A stretch of DNA of 64,000 nt from a virus (taxonomy: Duplodnaviria > Caudoviricetes): positions 45,178 through 109,177 of the IMG/VR virus record IMGVR_UViG_3300027759_003844; one strand, written 5' to 3'. Shown piece after piece: positions 38,851 through 47,077 of this stretch (positions are counted from its first letter, which is position 1; each line of letters opens with the position of its first letter). The translations under genes and the position numbers were made by a program. The notes beneath the pieces are model-generated. The model did not search any database. It saw only the letters and a program-made list of their open reading frames with translations, and was not told the origin of the DNA.

Positions 38851-39602
38851 AAAGTTAATAAATTATCTTGAATTTCTTGTAAAATAATTCCTCGGATTGA
38901 AGATTTATGAAAATTCTCATATCTACTTTTAAGATTATACCATCTAGGTTCAGCTTTGAAACGAACCATTGATGCCGATATATCATGCAATCTAACAGTT
39001 GGTTTAAATCTTTTAAATATAATTTTTTTATCAGTGTTAAACTTAAAATACACCAGCGGCTCATCTTTTTCAATTTTTAGATAATCATTCCCGCTCCACA
39101 ATTGCATTTCTAAGTTTAATGGTCTAAGCCATTGCCCACAATCATATGTTCCAGGCACTATTGATGCATAGTTAGTATAATTGGTTTTGTGAAAATATGG
39201 AGAAGTCATCGTCACCTCAAGTGGTTCTTCTGCGAAAAAGATATACGACAGCTGATACTCTATTAAAGAGTGATTAGTTAATGTTGGAGCATGTCGCAGC
39301 ATACCAGGCACTACCGTATGGGACTCAGTATCTCCATATAACATCCCTACTTGACCTTCCTCATTTACAGAAACTTTCATTTCGGATAATGCAGGATTTA
39401 AAAATAAATATATCTGCTCTAACTCATTCTTTACAGCGGGACACTGCATGTAGTTTTTAGTAACAATTGGCGGATGAAAATGTTGCAACAAATCTTGATA
39501 GCAAGGAATTGGATTATGAAATAAAAAATCAAGGTTAAAATCTTCACGGGGATCCCACCACGGAGCCCAATACACAACAACCGATTCTGATGAGGGGTTC
39601 AT
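38847..39602 (-). CDS. Conserved phage hypothetical (possible dUTPase-like fold)
   Basis: CPAV...PGTYDCGQWLRPLN...KDEPLVY pattern typical of proteins that accompany phage oxygenase clusters. Confidence 0.55.
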   Translation of the reverse strand: MNPSSESVVVYWAPWWDPREDFNLDFLFHNPIPCYQDLLQHFHPPIVTKNYMQCPAVKNELEQIYLFLNPALSEMKVSVNEEGQVGMLYGDTESHTVVPGMLRHAPTLTNHSLIEYQLSYIFFAEEPLEVTMTSPYFHKTNYTNYASIVPGTYDCGQWLRPLNLEMQLWSGNDYLKIEKDEPLVYFKFNTDKKIIFKRFKPTVRLHDISASMVRFKAEPRWYNLKSRYENFHKSSIRGIILQEIQDNLLTL

Positions 39603-40216
39603 TATTTAAATTTCGGACCGAGCACCCAGACAACAAGGGAGCTACGAGTCCCCTCCGTAACTGGGCTGACCTTGTGATCAATATACGATGGGAACACCAC
39701 CATTGATCCAATAGATTGTGGAGTAATATTGACTGGGTTATTTTCATGATCCCTCACAACATACAAATCACCGCCGATGTATTCATCTCTATTGCAAAGA
39801 ATTACTGACGCAGAAAGTTTTCTATTTTGCATAACCATGTTCACTGGAACATCTGCCTGCCCAAACTCCATATCGCAGTGCCAGTCATAGTAATTATTAT
39901 CAGGACCATATTCTGTGTATTGCATATTTGCAAACCCATACAAATCAAATTGAAAATAAAATTCATTAGCCCATTCCAAAGCGCCCATTATTTTTTCAAA
40001 AATCCATCGTGTTTCCTCAGTAGGAACCAAAAAACTATTTTTTGATTTTCTAATTGATTCATTAATAACAGTTGATACAAGTGCGGAATCTGATAAACCT
40101 GCAGATTTACCAATCTGAATAATTCGCAGACATTCCTCTTCTGTAAAAACATCGTCCAGCGTTACTGACGGATGGTTAGACGAAAGCATTTCGCTAAATT
40201 GTGGATTTAATTTCAT
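39602..40216 (-). CDS. 2OG-Fe(II) oxygenase (prolyl-4-hydroxylase/PKHD-like)
   Basis: YDWHCD, RKLS, GGDL, FPS-x3-HKV-x-PVTEGTRSSLVVW. Confidence 0.9.
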   Translation of the reverse strand: MKLNPQFSEMLSSNHPSVTLDDVFTEEECLRIIQIGKSAGLSDSALVSTVINESIRKSKNSFLVPTEETRWIFEKIMGALEWANEFYFQFDLYGFANMQYTEYGPDNNYYDWHCDMEFGQADVPVNMVMQNRKLSASVILCNRDEYIGGDLYVVRDHENNPVNITPQSIGSMVVFPSYIDHKVSPVTEGTRSSLVVWVLGPKFK

Positions 40217-40638
40217 ACAATATCTCCATTAAGTAGTTCGTAAAATTTATTAATATGATCTGGGTTAATTTCATAAACATTTTCATGATTCACCTCACCA
40301 GTGATTGTTTTAGTAATCATTGATCGGTAATCAGGATAGTCTTGATATATAAACCTATTGTAGACCAAAATAGAGTCCAGGAAGTCCCGAAGCTTTGATG
40401 GATTATGCCTATGATACTCAGTCATAGCCTTAGTCATAATATCAGTTTCAAATTTAAATTGATCAATCATTGCTTGATGAATATCAAAAATCAAACTTGG
40501 ATGCTCGTCAATTAATTCATTAAAGCGCAGACCGTCAGAAATAAAAAAAACTTCATTGTCAATGATAACGCATGGACCATGTAGGGTTGACTGAATTACA
40601 TATTCTTTAACTTGATTTGGCTTATTAAATTTTCTCAT
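40213..40638 (-). CDS. Hypothetical protein
   Basis: Operonic ORF. Confidence 0.6.
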   Translation of the reverse strand: MRKFNKPNQVKEYVIQSTLHGPCVIIDNEVFFISDGLRFNELIDEHPSLIFDIHQAMIDQFKFETDIMTKAMTEYHRHNPSKLRDFLDSILVYNRFIYQDYPDYRSMITKTITGEVNHENVYEINPDHINKFYELLNGDIV

Positions 40639-40667
40639 AAACCAAGCATATCACACAGGGTGTGTAT

Positions 40668-40961
40668 TTATTCTGTCATTTTATTATATTTTTCGGGGTT
40701 AACTTCCATCCAGTCAATGACACAGTGCTCTGTATTGTTAGGAATGGTGTCACTCTCAACAATATAATTTGCCGCCCGCAAGACATTGATGCAATCAACA
40801 ATTGAACAGATGTAAGGGCTACCTAAGTTGCCATATTCTTCGTTCAATATTTCTTGTTTTGAAATTTGTAAATAAAACAAAATTGACTCAAGGATGGCTC
40901 TTGTTGCATCATCGCTTTCAAAAAAAATCTTTACACTCTTTACATTACCATCACTACGCAT
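40668..40961 (-). CDS. Hypothetical protein
   Basis: Operonic ORF overlapping the upstream gene. Confidence 0.55.
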   Translation of the reverse strand: MRSDGNVKSVKIFFESDDATRAILESILFYLQISKQEILNEEYGNLGSPYICSIVDCINVLRAANYIVESDTIPNNTEHCVIDWMEVNPEKYNKMTE

Positions 40962-41136
40962 CTTTTAACGCCTCCCATTTATTTAACGGACACTGACTGC
41001 TCTTCAATAAAGTTTTAATTTTCATAAAACATCCACACTCTAAGCATGTTGCTGTGCTCTTGTAGAAACTTGAACAGTCTCTACAAATTGACATTCTCAG
41101 TAACGATAAATCTTGTATTTCTTTATATTTATTCAT
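40954..41136 (-). CDS. Small Cys-rich metal-binding protein (DUF6171-like)
   Basis: R-x3-C-x2-C...C-x2-CGCF...CP-x2-KW. Confidence 0.75.
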   Translation of the reverse strand: MNKYKEIQDLSLLRMSICRDCSSFYKSTATCLECGCFMKIKTLLKSSQCPLNKWEALKDA

Positions 41137-41138
41137 AT

Positions 41139-42050
41139 TTAATTCGGTGTATACTCAAAAGATTCAATAGCAGTATGAGCGCTTACAGTAGAAGGACCAG
41201 TTAGCATTCCGTGCTTATTCGCTCTGTCTGGGGTTCCCGCAGTTGCTGTATAGCTTGCAACAGTTCCACCAGTATTCATTTGCGCAGTAATGATTGCGCT
41301 TGCTGGTTGAGTGTTGGCTTGAACATATGCAACATAATCAGTAGCAGTTAATGTATTTGCAACCTCCACCGTTGAAACAGTAGAAACAGTACCTGCTGTT
41401 TTTTTAACCACTCCAATTTGATGACGATACCAAGTTGATGCTGTTGCACCATATGATGTCACACATGATGATCCAGAAAGTGTTCGTCCAGGATAGGAGT
41501 TGCAGTTATATGCGGCAGGCTGAACAGTGTATGTTGCAGCATACGAGTATACCCAACAGCATTGGAAACAACCCCAACCAAATGGGCTTCCACCACCAGG
41601 GCAGGAAGTTACACCGTATGGTCCACCACTCGCAGGGCTTGATATAGTACAAGTAGTGCCATACAGAGTTCCACCGCTTGGGCAACTATACGGGGCAGCA
41701 GTGAAGGTGGATTTTTGACTATGCGCTCCCCACCAATTGTTGGCATCTGTCACCCAAAAAGAAACACCATGACCTGAATTTGTTGCAGTTGTGGAAGTTG
41801 ATTTAACAATAACATCTTTAGTATTAGTGTCTACAACGGCAACTGGGTAGGAAGATCCTGCAGTGATTGAGTAGGCTTTATTTCCAATAATACCCCATGT
41901 ACCACTTGTTGCCACCCATGTAGCTGATGTTTGAGGAAGGGTCAAAGCGCTATCTCCTGCAGTAAAGCTGTCTATAAAAGCTTTCAACTTAGTTGTAAGT
42001 CTTTTTGCTCCAAATGCTCCACTTGCTTTAACACTGCTAAAGATAGCCAT
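41139..42050 (-). CDS. Virion protein, lectin-like beta fold with internal 8-Cys insertion
   Basis: Ser/Thr/Ala-rich beta strands; all 8 Cys lie in one ~85-aa segment. Confidence 0.65.
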   Translation of the reverse strand: MAIFSSVKASGAFGAKRLTTKLKAFIDSFTAGDSALTLPQTSATWVATSGTWGIIGNKAYSITAGSSYPVAVVDTNTKDVIVKSTSTTATNSGHGVSFWVTDANNWWGAHSQKSTFTAAPYSCPSGGTLYGTTCTISSPASGGPYGVTSCPGGGSPFGWGCFQCCWVYSYAATYTVQPAAYNCNSYPGRTLSGSSCVTSYGATASTWYRHQIGVVKKTAGTVSTVSTVEVANTLTATDYVAYVQANTQPASAIITAQMNTGGTVASYTATAGTPDRANKHGMLTGPSTVSAHTAIESFEYTPN

Positions 42051-42062
42051 AATCCTCCGTAA

Positions 42063-44084
42063 TTAGTAGTTGACGCTTGCAGCGCCAAACACACTCCAAG
42101 CCGACCCTGTTCGGAGAAGGTTGAATGTATAAATATCAATTTTCCCAGAACTTGATGTTGCAGCAACTGCATTACCACCAGACCACTTAATTGTTTGACC
42201 AACGCCATCAATTTGGAAAGCGCTTGGGTAGTATCCTGTAGCGCCTTGTGTAATGATTGCTGAGAAAGTAATAATTCTATCGTTAGTTGTTGGAACATTT
42301 GTTAAGTTAATAGTAAAGTTAGCTGATGGTGCAGAGTAGTAAGAAATTAATGTATCTGCATATGACACGGTGGAAACATTGGAGGTTATTGTTGCAGATG
42401 CAACGACTTCTGAAACTTCAGCCATTGTTAAACGACCATTGACCGTTGTATTACCAGTAATTGTTACATCACCAGTAACATTCAATGTTCCGCCAACATG
42501 CACATTGTTTGCAGTAGCGATACCGCCAGTAACAACAAGAGCAGCAGCCGTGGTGCTTGAGGCAGCCGTGGTATTAGAAATAGTTACAATTCCAGCAACA
42601 TTAGCAAGACCGCTTGCTTCAAGATTACCAACAATCAAGTTAGCGTTTGATGCAGCAGCAAAGTTTGCTGTTGATGTAGGAGCTTCTGTCAGACCAGTAA
42701 ATAATCTAAACTTACCAGAATCAGAAGCATCTCTTAACAGACCAGCATATTTCGTGCCGCTGCTTGTATACTTACCAGCAAAACCAAGGTCTAGTGAATC
42801 ACCAGAGTTGGTATTACCCATGAAAATAATTGGGTCAGAAACTGTCAAGTTATTTGACGAGAACGCTCCACCACCAACAGTGATTGTACCCGTGATGCTT
42901 GTATTACCAGTAATGAACACATTACCACCAATACCAACACCACCAACAACAGTCAAAGCACCAGTTGTTGCGCTTGTAGAGTTGGTTGCAATATTGATTG
43001 CAACAGATGTGTTTGGAGTGATAACCATTTGAGTTTTATCACTTAACAAACCGCCTGCCGCAAAGATAATTTTATTCTGTGTTCCATTACCACCAGTAGC
43101 AAGAATTAAGTTTCCCTTGCCTGTAGTGTTTGCTGGGGCTTCCATGAAAATATAACCATCATGACCACCAGTAACTGTGAATGAGGCATCAGCAAAGTTA
43201 GCCGATGTAATACCCATATCAATCCAACCAGCATCATCAGTGCCTGCATCGGCATACGCAATAATATCTGTTGAGCTGTTTGCATTTGTTCCCAAGTTTC
43301 TAAAAGCAATTTGGGAATAATCTGTTGTATTTGATTGAACAGTTAAAGTTGGGTTTGTTAATGTACCACCAAAGGCGCTTGCACCATTACCAACAGTTGC
43401 TGATGAAGTTGCGTTCAAAGCTAATGTTATCACTGATGTATTAGCAGTTAAGGTGGTTGCGAGTACCGTGCCAGACACGGTTGCATTAGCAATTGACAAT
43501 GTATTTGTCCAAGAAACATCTGTACCATCAGTTTTTAATACCTTGTTTGCATTGCCAGTTTGTGCTGGGATTTCTCCAGTCCCGCCTTGGGAAAACAGAG
43601 CCCAGTATGGCGCTGCCAAGTCAGTTGCAAAAGTGCTTGTACTAGTATGATCACTTGTTGAAATATATGCGTTACCATTAACGAATGCAAGATCATTAAC
43701 CAAATAAGCAGTTGTCCCCGCCCAGTTACCTCTCCAATTAGTTCCACTAACAAAAGCTTGCCATTTAGCAGCAGCTAAGTTAGTTGAGAAAGTTCCAGAG
43801 GTGTGCGCTTCTAAACAAATATAACTTATTCCACCACGCACAACAATATCATCAAGTTTATAGGCGGTTGATGTTGCCCAAGTTCCTCTAAAATCCTGTC
43901 CATCAGCCAGCAAAGACCAATAAGTAGCATTTGTTGGCAAGTTACCAGCAGCGGAGGTCGTGCTAATATAAACATATGATTTTGCCCCATAGGACACAAC
44001 ATCATTCAATTCATAGGTAGTGCCACCAGCATATACGCCTTGATGAAAAAACCTTAATCTTCCTAAATCTATTGCCTGTGCCAT
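42063..44084 (-). CDS. Tail fibre with N-terminal carbohydrate-binding-like repeats
   Basis: Three G-x-[WY]-x4-Y-x3-D-x-[VA] repeats; GALTVVGGVGI; C-terminal QGATG...IKW. Confidence 0.75.
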   Translation of the reverse strand: MAQAIDLGRLRFFHQGVYAGGTTYELNDVVSYGAKSYVYISTTSAAGNLPTNATYWSLLADGQDFRGTWATSTAYKLDDIVVRGGISYICLEAHTSGTFSTNLAAAKWQAFVSGTNWRGNWAGTTAYLVNDLAFVNGNAYISTSDHTSTSTFATDLAAPYWALFSQGGTGEIPAQTGNANKVLKTDGTDVSWTNTLSIANATVSGTVLATTLTANTSVITLALNATSSATVGNGASAFGGTLTNPTLTVQSNTTDYSQIAFRNLGTNANSSTDIIAYADAGTDDAGWIDMGITSANFADASFTVTGGHDGYIFMEAPANTTGKGNLILATGGNGTQNKIIFAAGGLLSDKTQMVITPNTSVAINIATNSTSATTGALTVVGGVGIGGNVFITGNTSITGTITVGGGAFSSNNLTVSDPIIFMGNTNSGDSLDLGFAGKYTSSGTKYAGLLRDASDSGKFRLFTGLTEAPTSTANFAAASNANLIVGNLEASGLANVAGIVTISNTTAASSTTAAALVVTGGIATANNVHVGGTLNVTGDVTITGNTTVNGRLTMAEVSEVVASATITSNVSTVSYADTLISYYSAPSANFTINLTNVPTTNDRIITFSAIITQGATGYYPSAFQIDGVGQTIKWSGGNAVAATSSSGKIDIYTFNLLRTGSAWSVFGAASVNY

Positions 44085-44489
44085 TTACGCAACCTCCAAA
44101 ATCAAATGCGATTTATTACTAGTATACCATGAGTAGCTTAATTCAGATTGACTTGTAAGCCAGTTGACATAAACACTAGTATTATTATAATCTAAAACCT
44201 CTCCTGCTACCAAATTTGCCAAACTTGCTGCTAGACTTTCTCTTCCAACAAATCTAAAACCACCATCGGGATTTGCAACAAGTGTTCCGTCACCACTTCT
44301 ATAGTCTGGAATCTGAATCGGATCAGTATCCGACAATGCCTGGACTGTTAATCTCCCAGTAGCAGGGTCAAACTGCCATCCATGAAAGTATGCGCCATCT
44401 AGAATTTCATGAATTTTTGGATCCCAAGTAACTGCTGCTCCAGAAGCATTACCGCTACCACTACCACCAGAATTGACTAAACTAGGCAT
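44085..44489 (-). CDS. Hypothetical virion protein
   Basis: Operonic, in the fibre block. Confidence 0.55.
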   Translation of the reverse strand: MPSLVNSGGSGSGNASGAAVTWDPKIHEILDGAYFHGWQFDPATGRLTVQALSDTDPIQIPDYRSGDGTLVANPDGGFRFVGRESLAASLANLVAGEVLDYNNTSVYVNWLTSQSELSYSWYTSNKSHLILEVA

Positions 44490-44814
44490 ACTCTACCCCG
44501 CTAATATTAAAAGTTAAAGAGCTATTGCTAGATGCAACATAAATCTTGCTATTTGCTGGAATCACAATGGCTGTGTTGTAATACAAAACATCATTTTTAA
44601 TAACAACGGCGTTGCTAATAATCTTGTTATTCGCTCCAGCAGCAGTTGCTCCTACGAGGATATGAATATCCGCTGTAGCATTTGCCGTATCGCTGGTGTT
44701 GCAAATGTTAATTGATTTAATAATTGAGTAATTTCCAACAGTGTTAGCAACTGTATATACATTAGCAGCAGTTGTATTCCCAAGATAGAACGATTTAGGA
44801 ACTAAGTTAGCCAT
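44482..44814 (-). CDS. Small virion adaptor-like protein
   Basis: YTV...IKSINICN...ISGVE pattern. Confidence 0.6.
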   Translation of the reverse strand: MANLVPKSFYLGNTTAANVYTVANTVGNYSIIKSINICNTSDTANATADIHILVGATAAGANNKIISNAVVIKNDVLYYNTAIVIPANSKIYVASSNSSLTFNISGVEYA

Positions 44815-45156
44815 TTATACCCCCATCCACATTAAAACTTCATTATCATAGGTAGTTGTATTCATGTCTTGAATACTTAAAGCGTCTAGAACATGATCAA
44901 CAAATGCAGAGGTGCTGTGCGCCACTGCGCTAGTATTATCATAACCACGAATGCAGCCATCAAAAGTAGTTGATGTCTTTGAAGAAACTAAAACTTTTTC
45001 TTCATCAGGAGTTCCTCTATCAACAACAACAACAAAAGGATTATTGCCAGAAGGGTAAGAAGTAGTATCTGCTACTGGTAGCGAAGTTACAGAGTTATTA
45101 ACCCCAGCAGTTAAAACCGTTCTTGTAGCTGCACCAGTAAAATCTCTTCTCAGCAT
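44815..45156 (-). CDS. Virion structural protein
   Basis: DRGT-x2-EEKV...RGYD...AH domain also present in the 1303-aa tail protein. Confidence 0.6.
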   Translation of the reverse strand: MLRRDFTGAATRTVLTAGVNNSVTSLPVADTTSYPSGNNPFVVVVDRGTPDEEKVLVSSKTSTTFDGCIRGYDNTSAVAHSTSAFVDHVLDALSIQDMNTTTYDNEVLMWMGV

Positions 45157-45165
45157 ACTAATCTC

Positions 45166-45549
45166 CTAGTCAATGCTGATATCAAGATCGCCTGTTGCGA
45201 TTCTTAAAGTATCCCCAGCATCTGTTGTTTTGTTGGCTGTGAGAGTTCCCCACAACAATAAGTTTCCAGAGGTAAGTGCATCAAACACACCAATAGCTAC
45301 AGTCGTAGCAGCAGGCATTCCTGCAAAGTCAATATTGGCAGTATTAGATGTTGTTCCGCTTGCCGCAGCAGAAAATGTAGCTGTTTGACGAGCATATGAG
45401 CCGCCAGTAACTTGAGTTCCACCACCAGCGTCTGTTGGAACAACGGTATAAAGCCCCACATAAACAGTGGTTGGCTTAGTATATGTGGCTGTGCCTAAGA
45501 AATGATCAAGCAATTTGTTCTCTAGATAGTCTGAAAGATTCCCTGCCAT
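45166..45549 (-). CDS. Virion structural protein
   Basis: SDYLENKLLDH...GGSYARQ...GNLL...GDTL, a widespread phage structural family. Confidence 0.7.
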   Translation of the reverse strand: MAGNLSDYLENKLLDHFLGTATYTKPTTVYVGLYTVVPTDAGGGTQVTGGSYARQTATFSAAASGTTSNTANIDFAGMPAATTVAIGVFDALTSGNLLLWGTLTANKTTDAGDTLRIATGDLDISID

Positions 45550-45552
45550 AAA

Positions 45553-45918
45553 TTAGCCCTCCAAGTTATTATAATACATTTCTTTTTCTTCGTCATTAGC
45601 TAATCTGAAATTAGAAAGTCTTAAAAGTAAATTTGCTTCTGCAAAAGAGACCTCTCTCATTGGAGATTCTCTTGTAAACCTAATTCCTGTTCCCGTTGTA
45701 TAACCTATTCCACTTTCAAAATAAATTACAAGGGATTCAGTATCACTAGAAACGGCTGCTAATTTAACAGACCGTTCCGTTTCTTTTCCGTCATCAACCA
45801 AGCCATCATTATCCCCATCAACAGGGATCACTTCTTTCTTAACTGCAGCTTTCTTGACTGGAGCCTTCTTGCGAGGGGCTGCTGTTTCAGTTGTAACTAC
45901 ATTGTCTCTGTTTACCAT
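45553..45918 (-). CDS. Hypothetical protein downstream of capsid
   Basis: Start moved to ATG 45918 (AGGA SD); DGDNDGLVDDG Ca-binding-like motif. Confidence 0.65.
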   Translation of the reverse strand: MVNRDNVVTTETAAPRKKAPVKKAAVKKEVIPVDGDNDGLVDDGKETERSVKLAAVSSDTESLVIYFESGIGYTTGTGIRFTRESPMREVSFAEANLLLRLSNFRLANDEEKEMYYNNLEG

Positions 45919-45960
45919 AAACCATCCTATTCTATAAATTCTTATATCCAGTATAACATG

Positions 45961-46000
45961 AGAGAGGGTGGAGAGTGATCGCTCACACTCCACCCTTTCT
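45961..46000 (-). terminator. Stem-loop after major capsid gene
   Basis: Minus: AGAAAGGGTGGAG-T-GTGA-GCGA-TCAC-T-CTCCACCCTCTCT; GNRA loop, no U-tract. Confidence 0.6.
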
Positions 46001-46016
46001 ACATTAATTATTTATA

Positions 46017-47063
46017 TTAAAGAGTGCGCAGTTTGACATTCTTTGCAAGAACATAAGAAGCGAGGTTCTCAATGTTGTTTGCAACACGCATAAACTGTGT
46101 GTACTCAATAGTGTCAGTCTTTGGTTGGAACTGACGGTAGAGGGTGATGTCACGATGGATACCAATAACTCTATTGTTTGGGAATGTTAATTCAACATAA
46201 CCATGTGAACCAGCAGCGGATGAATAGTCACCCGAAACTGTTTCTGGCATGAGTGGAATTTCTACCAATGGAATACCATAAGGAGAAAGACCAGTAGCAC
46301 CTGGACCACCGTTTCCACGGATTGAACCATTCAAGAATGCTTGCTCACCATATGTTGATGCTGGGGCTGGTGCTCCAGATGTTGCAGCTGTTGCCGAGTT
46401 AGGATTCTGCAAGCTGAAAGCTGTGTCTTGCACAACTGCCGAGCCTGTGAAGAATCGCAATTCGTTACGGCGTTGCAAATACTTGCTTGGCATGTTACGA
46501 AGAACTCTGTCGTAGGTTGCACGGGAAACATTGTTTCCTGCTTCATCAACAACAGTTGCACCTGCAAGAGCTAACTTACTGAAACCATCAAGAGCCTTCA
46601 AAAGACCATTGTTTGATGATGTGTTGCCATTAATCAAAAGATCGTCAAGATCGTTTGCTGTTTGGCGAGCCATCATTTGTGCAAGGTGATCTTCTAGCGA
46701 AGCACCCTCAATGTTGTCCTCAAGCGACTCTGTGCTCAATTCCCAATCCAAACGAAGCTTCACGCTGTTCAACGAAACTTTAGAAAAAGTTACCGCTGCG
46801 TTTGAACCAGTATCACTGGCTTCTGTTGCTTTTGCCATAATTCTTGTACCGACTGACACCTTGTCAATGTCAACCTGAGGTGTACGCATGCGCACAACTC
46901 TTGAACTCTGCATCAAAGTTGATTGGTCTACCACGAAATCAATAAACCGATTTGATTGCTCTGCATTAAGGAGACCACCGATAGAGCTTACACCGCTACC
47001 CGAGTTCACCACTGCCGTTGTTACTTCATTAGCTTTTGCTAAAATTTCATTTTGTGTTGCCAT
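46017..47063 (-). CDS. Major capsid protein (HK97 fold)
   Basis: GGLLNAEQSNRFID, KLRLDWELSTESLEDNIEG, ANDLDDLLING; follows protease/scaffold. Confidence 0.92.
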   Translation of the reverse strand: MATQNEILAKANEVTTAVVNSGSGVSSIGGLLNAEQSNRFIDFVVDQSTLMQSSRVVRMRTPQVDIDKVSVGTRIMAKATEASDTGSNAAVTFSKVSLNSVKLRLDWELSTESLEDNIEGASLEDHLAQMMARQTANDLDDLLINGNTSSNNGLLKALDGFSKLALAGATVVDEAGNNVSRATYDRVLRNMPSKYLQRRNELRFFTGSAVVQDTAFSLQNPNSATAATSGAPAPASTYGEQAFLNGSIRGNGGPGATGLSPYGIPLVEIPLMPETVSGDYSSAAGSHGYVELTFPNNRVIGIHRDITLYRQFQPKTDTIEYTQFMRVANNIENLASYVLAKNVKLRTL

Positions 47064-47077
47064 ATGATGATCCTCCC

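Noticed and set aside
45919-45993. ORF-track start inside the post-capsid hairpin
   Set aside because: Lies within the stem-loop; ATG 45918 has an SD
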